Shown here: positions 12,187-24,329 of the stretch, one piece after another
Layout of the letters: every line of letters begins with the position of its first letter
Position numbering within the stretch: position 1 is the first letter of the stretch
DNA from: Macrostomum hystrix
Taxonomy: Eukaryota; Animalia; Platyhelminthes
Direction of reading: 5' to 3'
Length of the DNA stretch: 64,000 nucleotides
NCBI GenBank assembly: GCA_950097015.1
Contig: CATNEN010000038.1
Location: 29,574,001-29,638,000, forward strand
Made by a program: the position numbers and the translations under genes
Notes under the pieces: generated by a model
Told to the model about the DNA's origin: nothing
Databases searched by the model: none
The model's input: the letters and a program-made list of their open reading frames with translations, nothing else

Positions 12187-12903
12187 CTGCTCGCTTCGTG
12201 TGCCCCTATCGCGACGGCCCTAGCCAAAGGTCGCTGTATCCAATGGCAACAACTGGCTCGCCTAGTTGCCATCCGCTTTTATCAGACTCCGTCTATTGTT
12301 AGTAGCACAGACGCAAGCGTTAGTATTTGTACTTATTCAAGAATAAAAAGACATTATGCTGGATTATTGTCAACTGCAGCTGTTTCAATAAGTATTTTAA
12401 ATGAAAACAATAACAATAGTAGTAGTTGTAATGGCAAAGATAATACCTTCAGGCAGCGGTCTAACGCTGAATGGCGGGAAGTTCTGTCACCGGATGTATA
12501 TCGAGTCACACGCTGCGGCGACACCGAACCACCACACAGCGGCGAGTACACCGACCTTTTCCTGCCTGGAGTCTATCGTTGTGCCTGCTGCAATGCTGAC
12601 CTATTCAAATCCAATATGAAATTCCCGTCCGCATGCGGTTGGCCTGCATTCTTCGATTGTTGCAGCGCTACTATGAGTAGTAAGAGTGGCTCCGATAATA
12701 AGCTTGTGCCATCAGTTTCAAGGCGCGCCGATGCTAGCCATGGCATGCTTCGCGTTGAGGTTGTCTGTGCCAGGTGCGACGCTCACCTTGGTCACGTGTT
12801 TGCCGACGGCCCGCCACCAACTGGAGAACGCTACTGTATCAATAGCTTGGCGCTGCAGTTTCAGCCAACAACTACTAAAGCTGGCAGTGACAATGGTGTC
12901 TAA
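12187..12903 (+). CDS. msrB: Methionine-R-sulfoxide reductase B with a putative mitochondrial presequence; no genomic in-frame ATG before the domain
   Basis: CACC and CARC Zn pairs, GWPAF, HLGHVFADGP, RYCINS; in-frame TAA at 12139; AG acceptor at 12185-12186. Confidence 0.9.
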   Translation: MLASCAPIATALAKGRCIQWQQLARLVAIRFYQTPSIVSSTDASVSICTYSRIKRHYAGLLSTAAVSISILNENNNNSSSCNGKDNTFRQRSNAEWREVLSPDVYRVTRCGDTEPPHSGEYTDLFLPGVYRCACCNADLFKSNMKFPSACGWPAFFDCCSATMSSKSGSDNKLVPSVSRRADASHGMLRVEVVCARCDAHLGHVFADGPPPTGERYCINSLALQFQPTTTKAGSDNGV

Positions 12904-14450
12904 ATTATAAACAATGCTGCGCCTTGTAATGATTTCTTAATACCAGCGGTAGACAATGGTAGAAAACTGGAAACGGTGTTCAAGATCTGAAGGTTGTGAG
13001 TCAAGCGAGAAGGCCATTCTGACCTTCTGGTCGACTGACCCAGGGCACACGGGTACATATAGGTATCAGGCACACCCCCCAAATGAATGGCTTGTCAAAT
13101 ATCGTTGTAGATTTAAGCTTAACTTCCGTAACCTTCTATTGTCCCTTTTAAATTTACACCATCAAGGATTCTTAATCAAAACATTTCCAAATCTAATCAA
13201 TTTAATCGTTTTAGAGTTCGCCTCTTTATGGATTAAATTGTATAGCTACATATTTAAAGTGCCTCAAATTTAAATTTATGTATAATAGTGTACTTGCGTT
13301 TAGCTTGACTACAAGGTAGTCTTTTTTACCTGAAAGTTGTCTAAAACAAAAACTGGCTTTCGTAAGTATATTTATTACAGTACAGTATTTTAGGGCTGTG
13401 CGCTTATATCTCAGTCGTTTGTTTTATTTCTGATCTATTTCTGACTCAAATATACCTTGACTGGAAACACGAGAGTTGCTAAAACATAATTGTACAGTTT
13501 TGTCATAAATTTGCCGTTAGTTTTTTACGGCTAAAAATAAGTATTTTGATAATCATGAAATCGTATTTGTGTTGAAGGTACGTTGTTGCCGTTGTTCTAG
13601 AAATCTTGCTTTGAAATAATCCCAATCCAGAACTAAGTCAGCAGGCCCTCTTACCATTCTCAGTTGTTGGCGCCTGCGTTACTGTTCTGGTAAATTACGT
13701 TAAAGAGTCATATTTTTTCTTCGATTGGCCATAATTTGCAGGCTTTGGTAGTTCTGTCCGTCATTTTTCGACGGAACGCCATCCTTCGGCTTCCTTGTGT
13801 GCGCAGGTTCAACTTCTGTGCAATTTTTTAACGGTAGTTGATTACCGAACAATATTTTGATCACACTAATGGAAGTTGCTGCATTTTGGCCTACATTTAA
13901 ATGATAGTATATTTCACTACAAATTAACTAAGTTAGCACAATGAGATATGCAAATGGGGGTAGCAATATTCCTGTCAAATTTCTTAGTAGAATCACACGA
14001 TGTAAATACTGTTTACGATTCTCTGCGAAGAAAGTATATCGTGAAAGGTTGCTAACAGTGCTAGTTTCATTGCAAAACTTTCTGTACCCTTACCACCACT
14101 GGTTAGCACGATTTTTTCGTCAACAAAAATATAACAAAAATTTATGGCCCTCTAACAACATAAAAGCTCAAAAATATACCAGGGCTCCTAATTCTCTAAT
14201 CCAGAACTATGTCAGCAGACACTCAGACCAGTCCCGCGTGGTGTTGTCTGCGTTACAGTTCTGGAAGATTATACTGAAGAATGATCTGTATTTCTTCAAG
14301 AGGCCATAATTAGCAGGCTAATGTCCGTTATTTTTTCGACGGAATCACCTTGTGTGAGCACATTTTACTCCTGTGCGATTTTTTGCGGGAGTTAATAGCC
14401 GAAAATGATTTATCACACTTGAGAAATTTGCTGCATTGTGGCCTACAGTT

Positions 14451-14781
14451 GATAATAATAATAATAATTGCAGGAGCGGGCAATGACACAATTTGGTGAC
14501 ATAATTTGGCAATTCTGCCCACCTTGCTGACTCCTGAGCACACCCGCACACAGATACCGTACGCAGGCATACACTCACACAGGTGTGTACATCTGCCCTG
14601 ACTTTCTAATCGTCAGGGAGTGTACACTTCACTGTGCCTTGGAGGTTGGCCCTCAAAGGCGTGAATTGCACAAGCCTTCTCTTCGCGGCTGCGCCCCAAA
14701 TAAATGTGACCTCGCCGTGGAATCGAACTTAAGGACCGTGGTGCGAGAGGCAAACGCGTTAACCGCTCTGCCACCGACCCC
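14451..14781 (-). mobile_element. tRNA-derived SINE (family A) with 13-bp TSD
   Basis: Minus-strand A box TGGCAGAGCGG and B box GTTCGATTCC, (ATT)n tail, TSD GTGGCCTACAGTT at 14438-14450 and 14782-14794. Confidence 0.88.
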
Positions 14782-17680
14782 GTGGCCTACAGTTAGTTTT
14801 GTTTGAAATGCATCAACAATAATATTAGCCAATATGAGCTGCAAACGAAAATTTATATAATAGTTTAACAGTATAAAAGAAACGCTACAGGGTATTTCAA
14901 ATACCCACATTTTTCTTTTCTCTGTATCCTAAAATATTCAACCAATCGCCGTTAAAATCCAGAACACGGGAAAAAATGTTCTGATCTACGCAATGAAACA
15001 ACTTCCAGAATAACAAAACATCGGTATCGTCGAGATATTCAACGACTCTCGTCGGTGTGTCTGGTAGCGAAAACCATTGTAGACCAGTTTTCTGCTCACC
15101 GAATTTCATGATATGTTGGCTATTATTGTTGACTATATTGATTCTTTAGTTAATGTTTACACTTTTGAAGCAGTAGAGGCTTTGCCCTAGAGGTTAATAC
15201 AGAGCACTGTTAGTTATCCTTTGGCACCAGTTGGTATTTGAAGTTTCCCACTTGGTCTTTCCCTAGAGGGAAAAATAGCGTTGTCTTTCTACTGTTAAGG
15301 TCGTCTTGCATTGCAGGTTTGAGTTGAACTTTTTTGTTCTCTTAATTCGAAATTTCTGCAGCTTAATGTCAGTGCATGTACAATTTTTGCGATATCAACA
15401 AGAAAGAAAGGTGAAAGATTTATAGTGCCCTAGGGAGAGTATTCAATTTAGTGCTCCAAACTCGCCACAGAACAAAAGTGCCGCCCACGGATTTGAGTGA
15501 AGGCTTCGAATTAAATAAAAGCAGTTTACTGCTGCAGCTGCTGTTTGTGCCTCGACGATTGTAAAGAATTTCTGCTTTTGTACAGTGCTACACAGATTTT
15601 CTTGGCCTCGCAAATGGCCTAGGTATGGTGCCATTGTGTCCAGAGCAGTGAGGCTTCTCAACTGCTCGAGTTGTCAGCCCTTCACAATTGCAATTATACA
15701 GTAGCAAGCGCTTAGTTGAGTATCTGCTCAAAGCGTATTTACAAGCAAATGCTATTTGACGTCACACCCAGAAAAGCAGCTGAGGTTAAAGAAAAAACAA
15801 CCTGCAATTGTCCTGTTTGACCTGCGCGCGACCACTTTAATTCTAGATTCTATAAAGCACAAGAATATCAGTCATCGCACATGCTGTAAACAGCGCTGGC
15901 AAAGCTTTTCACTTCTATACTCTGTAGCTTTTTGGTGTAGGATGTGGTGTAAATAAAGAGAAACAAAAAGAATAAAATAAGGCCAAATAATTGGTGCAGT
16001 ATTGTGAGTATAGTCGAGGAGTGCACAAAAATAGTAGTGGTTGTTGCTCCTACAGATTTTCATGGCTTCCAATCATCATAATTTGAAAGTTCACACACGT
16101 ACCGATCGCGGCATATCTCGAAATCGAAACGCAAACGCATATCCTCGTCGTCGGAACGCCGAGTTCAGGCCTGACCGAACCGGTAAGGTGCCTAGGGCGC
16201 TGCACCGGCTGCGGGAAGCAGGACTTGGTGCGGATGATTTGGCCTGTCGACGATACAGAAACTACTTTTGCCAGGCCAACCTTTTCGCGTCGATTAAGGC
16301 ATGTGGGATGGCGAATTAGATACGATACTTAAGTCGTCCATGTGTGACGTACGATGCCTTGCGATGGATCGCCTTTGTCACACATATTTGCGGACGTCAG
16401 GTTCCAGAGATACTGACAAAATGACAGTCGTCCAGCAGCTAGGGAGCCATCATAATGGCATAGGAGGGAGCCCAAAGACCAGGTCAGGTGTTTGGCTGCC
16501 CGAACACTGCAATCAGCGTCTGTCAAAAGCACGTGGTTGTGTCCCCAAAGGGTAGCTTAGTCGCTTGGATCATAAACTCTCCTCTCTTATCAATAGAATT
16601 GAGCTCGGCTGCGCAAAAGCAAAAGGATCTCAATCTGGAAGATCGTTGAGAGCCAATTCCAGTTTGCTGGTTTTGCGTGGTGGCCGTTAATGAGGATACA
16701 TGCAGACCCTAAACGGCTATACGTCTAGAAGGCGGTATCCTCGAGGGGATGTTGACGTTGTACCTAATTCTACCGCGTATAGAGGGGTGGATTAAAACAA
16801 TCATTTTTCAAACAATAGTTTAGTCACCTATACTTAATTGTTTTGTTATTTAACTAATTGCATTAGTAGAACATTGTTAGCTGCCTATGGGTTTTTCCAA
16901 GCCAGCCGGCTTAAGCACTTAAAAAATTCAGCGGGGTTCTGGGGTGCTGTTTTGTTTACTGTATGATGTACTCGTGTGGTAGAGCGTTTAGTGCAACTCT
17001 GTCGCATCGTCACCACTGGGCTTCATTAGTTAGCTGGAAGTCTTAACGAATTTTCATGTGGCTTCTATTTGACCAAACAACTGACGAGATTTGAAATATG
17101 CGAAAAAATTTCTACTTTAAACCAGACTGTACCCCTCTCCCTTATTATCTTCTTGGTATGATGCTTGGTAGCTATGCACCGAGCTGCCTGCGAGCAGGCA
17201 CCATTGCTCACTGCTTGTATACACTGTATACACTCAGTTTTCTCTCATAGCCTACAGGCTGAGCTCTGTCGAATATATACTCGTATGTAAAACTGCAGAC
17301 ACTCAAGCTCGCCTAAAGCTTTTCCATTCGCGCCATCAACGCCTGTCCCACCCTCCAGTACCAAACTCTATATAGTTCTCCAACCGGCCGAAGAACTGCG
17401 GCGGACTCAGCACTCGAGGGCCTCTTACCAATTTGCTTCTTCTTTAGACGAAATCACTTGCTGTTAGAATGCCTGGATAGAGAGTCTCTAACAATAGCAT
17501 TAGAGCGTGTGTCACTACAATATTAGACGTTTTCCACGAAGCCTGACTGCACTTACTGGACTAAACAGTGTGTCTTTCGGTTTAAGCTTTTTCGACAAAA
17601 CCACAGATTTCTTCCATCTGAGCCAAATGCATTCCTGTAGTAAACCGAGCAGGATGGTTCATTGTTGAGCAGCCGATGAT

Positions 17681-20600
17681 ATGGAGACGGCAAACACACC
17701 GGACTCGGATTTCCACAGCCTGTTCAGCATTCCGCTGTCTTCGTTGTTCAACTTTCAAAGAAATTCCCAGGCCCCTCCGCCGCCGCCACCGCCGCAGCCC
17801 CAACCGCTGCCAATCCTTCCAGTGAACAGAATTGATGCCAGCAGTGTCTTTCACGACAGGCGTCCAGCACAGCAGCATCAGCAGTCGTTCAACGGCGGTG
17901 CTCCTGCCACTGGGCCTTTTAACTACTTCACTAGCCAATCTTCGGCCGACAGTGCGCACTTCTCAGGGTGCGTTGCCGCAGTCGTTCTGAGCTCATTGTT
18001 CCTCTGCTAACGATCCTGTTTATCATATTTCATTCTCATTGGTACAACGCATCAATTTTAGCTGGAGACTTACTGTGTTGATTGCTTTCTTATGCGCTTG
18101 TCTATAGGACATTTTACTCCTCAATTTACTTTCTAGGAATGAGGAAGATTCCGGCACCTCGCCTCAGATCAAGCGCGATGTGAGCACACCAATCAATCTG
18201 TGAGTATACTAATGTTGTAGCGACAAAAGTTGCAATGCCAAAAGATTCTGTTGAAAAATACAAATAAAAAAAATTGCGTTTCTAAAATATGCCAGAATGG
18301 AATTCGGCTTCGAGCCTTCCGAAATGGAGATCGACTCCGAGATGTCCTTTCCTGCTGGTATGCTCATGTGAGTGCCAGCCGCTAGTAGCTTCTGACTCTG
18401 GCTCCTAGAATAAGAAAACATAGTAGGGTGCAGATGCGAGCTTGCAGTACACCGCAAGTCCATGAGGTTCGAACCCGTTAGGACGATTCTTTGTTGATTC
18501 CCTATAACTACGAGCTTCCCTATAACTATAACTCGTAGCTTCTTCATATAAAAACTAGCGACATTTTCCGAGCTTTTTAGGACGATTCCTTCTCGCGGTA
18601 GTTCTTTTAGATAGTTTTTTTCGAAGTAGTTTTTCATCGCGATTCTTTCTCGGTAGCTTTTCAGGACTATTCTTTCTCGGTAACTTTTCAGGACGATTCT
18701 TTCTCGGTAGCTCTTTCAGGACGATTCTTTCTCGGTAGCTTTTCAGAACGATTCTTTCTCGGTAGCTCTTTCAGGAAGATTCTTTCTCGGTAGCTTTTCA
18801 GGACTATTCTTTCTCGGTAGCTTTTCAGGACTATTATTTCTCGGTAGCTTTTCAGGACTATTCTTTCTCGGTAGCTTTTCAGGACGGTTCTTTCTCGGTA
18901 GCTTTTCAGGACTATTCTTTCTCGGTAGCTTTTCAGGGTGATTCTTTCTCAGTCTCTTTTCAGGACGAGTCTTCCTCGGTAGCTTTTCAGGACTATTATT
19001 TCTCGGTAGCTCTTTCAGGAAGATTCTTTCTCGGTAGCTTTTCAGGACTATTATTTCTCGGTAGCTTTTCAGGACGATTCTTTCTCGGTAGCTTTTTAGG
19101 ACGATTCTTTCTCGGTAGCTTTCAGGACGATTTCAGGTCGATTCTTTCTCAGTAGAATTTTCGGACGATTCCCAGTCGGCATTTTCCAGCACAAGTTTAC
19201 GCTAGACAATGCTTTGATTTCTGCTCATTGTTTCCTAAAGAACCCGGCTCCCGCCCGCTTGCATCGGCAGGAACAGTCGTCTGAATCACAGCGAAGTTGA
19301 AAAGATGCGCCGTGATCGAATGAACGCCAGCGTCAGCGCCATGGCTAGCCTTGTCCCGGCCTGTCGTTCGGCTAGTCGCAAGCTGGACAAGCTGACGGTG
19401 ATGCGCCTGACCGCCCAGCACATTAAACTGCTCCGCGCCAGATCCAGCTCGATGATGCAGATGCCGGCTGATCAGTTCAGCGGCGAAGAGCTCAAATTGC
19501 TCCTGTCCAATGTGAGTGCACTTTTAAATCGACTTGTGCATTAGGCAGTAAGTTTGTTACAGAGTGAATCTTTCATGACATTGTAGAGGACAGCTTCGTC
19601 GTTGCACGGCTTCCTGTTGGTTGTCGAATGCGACAGAGCCAGGATACTTGGCGCGGCCAACTGCGGCAACAGCGGCCTTCACGGAGCTGTTGGCATTAGC
19701 TCGGTGAGCAAGGATTGGGGGGAGATATTACACCTAGTGCAGTATACGACGTAGCACAGCTGCAGCTATGCCACACCCGAATTGCTACATCTGCTAATGC
19801 TCAAGCCAAAGTAATTAGGCTTAGAGACAAAAATTGTATCGCATTAGGTGAGATACTCGTTTGGGAGGCCAACGACCTCAGTAACGTCGGTCTGTTGCGG
19901 AAAAAAATACTCAATAAATGGATGAAACAAGAACAAACGAGAAGCGGTTAACGCGTTTGCCTCTCCAAGATGGACCAAGGTCCTTGAGCCTCATCCTCGA
20001 TTCCGCCACAATAATTTGTGTCGCAGAGCGTAATTTTTTGTGCAATTAACTACATTGAGAGCTAACCTCCAAGGCACAGTGGAGTGTTCACTGCCTGACG
20101 ATAAGAAATTGCTCAGTAGTCAGCGAAATGGGTAGAACTGCTTCCTCGATGGCTGCGGGTCTAGTGTCTCCAAATGATGTGCCATTGCCCGCAGCCCTCC
20201 TGCAATTATTATTATAACTACTCACTCCTCGCAGTCTGATCTGATTGGCCAGTGTCTGCTGGATCTTGTACACCCACGGGACGTAGATTTGGTTCGTCAG
20301 CAGCTGACTGCGCCCGATTTGCCCCCAACATCAGCTGACGATCATCGGCCATGCGGCTGGGGACTTCGCCGAAGATTCTTCTGCCGTTTCCGACACTCAG
20401 GCACTGTCGGCATCGGAGCCGCTTCCGCGGGCGTTGGCGGCTCCAAAAAGAAAGCGGGTGAGCTCAGAGACTAAATTGAGATTGGGTACGCAGGGTGAGA
20501 TTGGGTAGGCATGGTGAGATTGGGTAGGCATGGTGAGATTGGGTAGGCAGGGTGAGATTGAGTAGGCAGGGTGAGATTGGGTAGGCAGGGTGACATTGAG

Positions 20601-23600
20601 TAGGCAGGGTGAGATTGGGTAGGCAGGGTGAGATTGAGTAGGCAGGGTGAGATTGGGTAGCAGGGTGAGATTGAGTAGGCAGGGTGAGATTGAGTAGGCA
20701 GGGTGAGATTGAGTAGGCAGGGTGAGATTGAGTAGGCAGGGTGAGATTGATTGGGCAGGGTGAGATTGGGTAGGCAGGGTGAGATTGATTGGGCAGGGTG
20801 AGATTGGGTAGGCAGGGTGAGATTGATTGGGCAGGGTGAGATTGGGTAGGCAGGGTGAGATTGAGTAGGCAGGGTGAGATTGATTGGGCAGGGTGAGATT
20901 GGGTAGGCAGGGTGAGATTGGGTAGGCAGGGTGAGATTGAGTAGGCAGGGTGAGATTGGGTAGGCAGGGTAAGATTGGGTAGGCAGGGTGAGATTGAGTA
21001 GGCAGGGTGACATTGAGTAGGCAGGGTGGGATTGGGTAGGCAAATTGGATAAGCTAAACCAAAGCAGTTTCTTCGTAAGTACTCAGGCCAAAATGGTATG
21101 AGACGCAATTGAGCACTCAAATTTGATAGGCAGAAAAAAAATTCATGAGAACCAGAACGCGCTGTCGAATAAAAAGACTTTCTATTCTAGAAGAGAAAGC
21201 AAACATTCAATAGAACCCTGACAGCAAGGTTGTCAATCCAGGTGCAGAGCAAGATGGACTTTAAGCTGGCAGAGCAAAGTTTAACAGTCGCTAATGGTAT
21301 AGGAAGATGCATGGCTTCTAATATAAGCTTAGCAAATTTCCTGGCTTGGTCTAGTCTTGAGTCTAATTCGGTTTTGTTTGACTGTGTTGAGTCCGAAACT
21401 CAAACAGAATATAAGAATGCCTGCGCAAGGCCTGTGCAAACATTACCTATCTCTACGTGTAGCGACTGCGAAAACAATGACTAACACGAATGACATGTGT
21501 CAGATGCAACTTTTGCACAACAGCTTACAGATGGCCATCAATTTGAATATTTCATTTTAATGATTAATAGATAATTGATGCACCTTCACATGCACTTTCC
21601 TTTCTCACCAAGTTTCATCCATTCTCACCCATTCTTACACATTCTCACCCAGTTTCATCCATTCTCATCCCATTCTATCCAGTCTCACTCCATTCTATCC
21701 AGTCTCACCTCATTCTTTCCATTCTCACCCCATTCTATCCATTCTCACCCCATTCTATCCATTCTCACCCCATTCCATCCATTCTCACCCCATTCCATCT
21801 AGTCTCACCCCATTCTATCCATTCTCACCCCATTCCATCCATTCTCACCCCATTCCATCCAGTCTCACCCCATTCCATCCAGTCTCACCCCATACCATCC
21901 AGTCTCACCCCATTCTATCCATTCTCACCTCATTCCATCCAGTCTCACCCCATTCCATCTAGTCTCACCCCATTCCATCTAGTCTCACCCCATTCTATCC
22001 AGTCTCACCCCATTCTATCCAGTCTCACCCAGTTTCATCCATTCTCACCCAGTTTCATCTATTCTCACCTACTTTCATCCATTCTCACCCCATTCCATCC
22101 AGTCTCACCCCATTCCATCCAGTCTCACCCCATACCAACCAGTCTCACCCCATTCCATCTAGTCTCATCCCATTCTATCCAGTCTCACCCATTCTATCCA
22201 GTCTCACTCCATTCTATCCAGTCTCACTCTATTCTATCCATTCTCATCCCATTCTATCCATTCTCACCCCATTCTATCCAGTCTCACTCCATTCTATCCA
22301 GTCTCACTCCATTCTATCCAGTCTCACTCTATTCTATCCAGTCTCACCCCATTCTATTCAGTCTCACCCTATTCTATCCATTCTCACACCATTCTATCCA
22401 GTCTCACCCATTCTATCTAGTCTCATCCATTGTATCTAGTCTCACCCATTGTATCTAGTCTCACCCATTCTATCCAGTCTCACCCCATTCTATCCAGTCT
22501 CACCATATTCTATCCATTCTCACCCCATTCTATCCATTCTCACCCCATTCTATCCAGTCTCACCCCATTCCATCCAGTCTCACCCCATTCCATCTTCTCC
22601 CCACTGTCTCTAAAGCAGACTGCGGTCGCCAGTATGTCTACCTGAGCTGCTCTGGTCGGATTCACGTCTCGGATGACGAGCCGACAGCTTTCAGCCCGGG
22701 CGGTACAGACCCAACCGCTGTCACTGAGGACAGCCAGTCTGCAATATCAGCAGCAGCAGCCGCTGGGCCAACTCACGATCGGCATCAGCAGGCATCGAGC
22801 TGTTTGCTGCTGGTGTGCCGACCCGCCCGACCCCTGTCATCTTCCATCCTGCCCGCCACTGCCCGCTGCAGTCGCGACTGTCAGTTCACTGGCCGACTTA
22901 GCCTTGACGCCTGTTTCACTTGGGTTGACCAGCGAGTCGCTTCTATCCTCGGTGAGCCCGACGAGACTGTCTAGCGTTGTCTAGCGGATAATTGGCTGTT
23001 TTTATGCTTCTTTTACAGTCCTGATATTACCTAGGTCACTCCAGAGTACATTTTTCGTTATTGCACATGGACCTTAAAAGGGCCGTTTTAAATAGCCTAT
23101 TCAACATGCATTTTTATGTCATTAATCCTTAGGTCATCTGCCGCAGGACTTGGTCGGCAGCAGGCTTTACGATCTGGTCAGTGGAGGCGATGTTAATCGC
23201 CTGTCGGTGGCTCATAGGTCAGCTCTGAAGGGCACGCGGAGTCGGGTCTCCTGCCGGCTGCAATGCGCCTGGCAGGTGAGCAGATCATTTGACTTTAGTT
23301 GGAATCGAAGCTAGAACTAAACTGGAATCGAAGCTAGAACTAAACTGGAATCGAAGCTAGAACTAAACTGAATTTGAAGCTAGAACTAAACTGGAATCGA
23401 AGCTAAAACTAAACACGAATCAAAGTTAGAGCAAAAACTGGAATCGTAGCAAGATATGCAGCTGGAATCGTAGCGAGATATGCAGCTAGAATCGTTGCTA
23501 GATATGCAGCTGGAATCGTAGCTAGATATGCACCTGGAATCGTAGCGAGATATGCAGCTGGAATCGTAGCCAGATATGCAGCTGGAATCGTAGCTAGATA

Positions 23601-24302
23601 TACAGCTGAAATCGTAGCTAGAAATAAACTGGAATCGAAGCTAGAAATAAACTGGAATTGAAGCTAGAAATAAACTGGAATTGAAGCTAGAAATAAACTG
23701 GAATCGTAGCTAGATATGCAGCTGGAATCGTAGCTAGATATGCAGCTGGAATCGTGGCAAAATCCTGATTCAAAAAGTCACCGGCACTCCAGGCTCCCGC
23801 CTGTTCCGAGGCCGTGTGTCAGCTCAGCCTCTTGTGCTTCATCAACCCATGCACCGGTCGGCCCGAGCTGCTCAGCCTCACCTGCGATCTGCAGGTGCCG
23901 CAGCTTCAGCAGCAGGAGCAGCAGCATCAGCAGAAGGCTCCTCCAGTCAGCTTTCCCAGTGCGCCAGTTTTCGATGCTCAAACGGACTCATCCGCTGCTC
24001 CAGCCTCTCTGAGCAGTTCAGCTCAGCTGGGTCGAAAAATTGCCGCCGAAACCGTCCAGCACTTCAGCGACCATGTCGATCATCCAGAGCGAACCTCGGC
24101 CTCCTCCGCCGTCGACTCCGGCTGGCTGGCGCTAGGTCAGCTGGTCAGCAGCAGCAGCAGCAGCCTAAATGACAGTCATTCTTTTGAAGCTTCGTCGACT
24201 TTTTTAGACAATTCAATGGACACAACCAGAATGTGCCTTCTGGGTGCCGACGGTGGACTTGGCGATGAGCCAGACTATGCCAGCATGCTGTGGCCTCTCT
24301 GA
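17681..24302 (+). CDS. BMAL1: BMAL1/CYCLE-like bHLH-PAS transcription factor; exons 17681-17967, 18137-18199, 18296-18367, 19271-19511, 19587-19703, 20235-20457, 22619-22951, 23133-23275, 23793-24302
   Basis: bHLH NHSEVEKMRRDRMN..KLDKLTVMRL; PAS-A GFLLVVECDR, DLVHPRD, RRRFFCR; PAS-B WVDQR, LPQDLVG, FINP; C-terminal LLGADGGLGDEPDYASMLWPL matches the BMAL1 TAD. Exon phases are consistent. Confidence 0.85.
18560..19170 (+). repeat. ~28-bp intronic minisatellite
   Basis: TTCAGGACGATTCTTTCTCGGTAGCTTT units. Confidence 0.95.
19940..20217 (+). mobile_element. SINE family A copy
   Basis: GCGGTTAACGCGTTTGCCTCT head, AACCTCCAAGGCACAGTG body, ATT tail. Confidence 0.8.
20478..21040 (+). repeat. 20-bp G-rich minisatellite at the 5' end of BMAL1 intron 6
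   Basis: GGGTGAGATTGGGTAGGCAG, about 28 copies. Confidence 0.97.
21600..22595 (+). repeat. 19-20-bp C-rich minisatellite at the 3' end of BMAL1 intron 6
   Basis: CATTCTATCCAGTCTCACCC, about 50 copies. Confidence 0.97.
23300..23757 (+). repeat. ~24-bp minisatellite filling BMAL1 intron 8
   Basis: CTGGAATCGTAGCTAGATATGCAG and CTGGAATCGAAGCTAGAACTAAA variants. Confidence 0.93.
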
Positions 24303-24329
24303 CAGCCACTTACCTCGTATTACATCCAC

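Noticed and set aside
14595-14625. CTGACGA..GAAA..GTC in SINE family A as a hammerhead ribozyme
   Set aside because: Only 3 nt separate the core boxes and there is no stem III; a simple CCCTGAC/GTCAGGG hairpin explains it.
14700-14781. tRNA gene
   Set aside because: A and B boxes are attached to a repeated body, ATT tail and TSD, so this is a SINE head.
16040-16800. GC-richer stretch with short ORFs upstream of BMAL1
   Set aside because: No recognisable motif, termini or second copy in the window.
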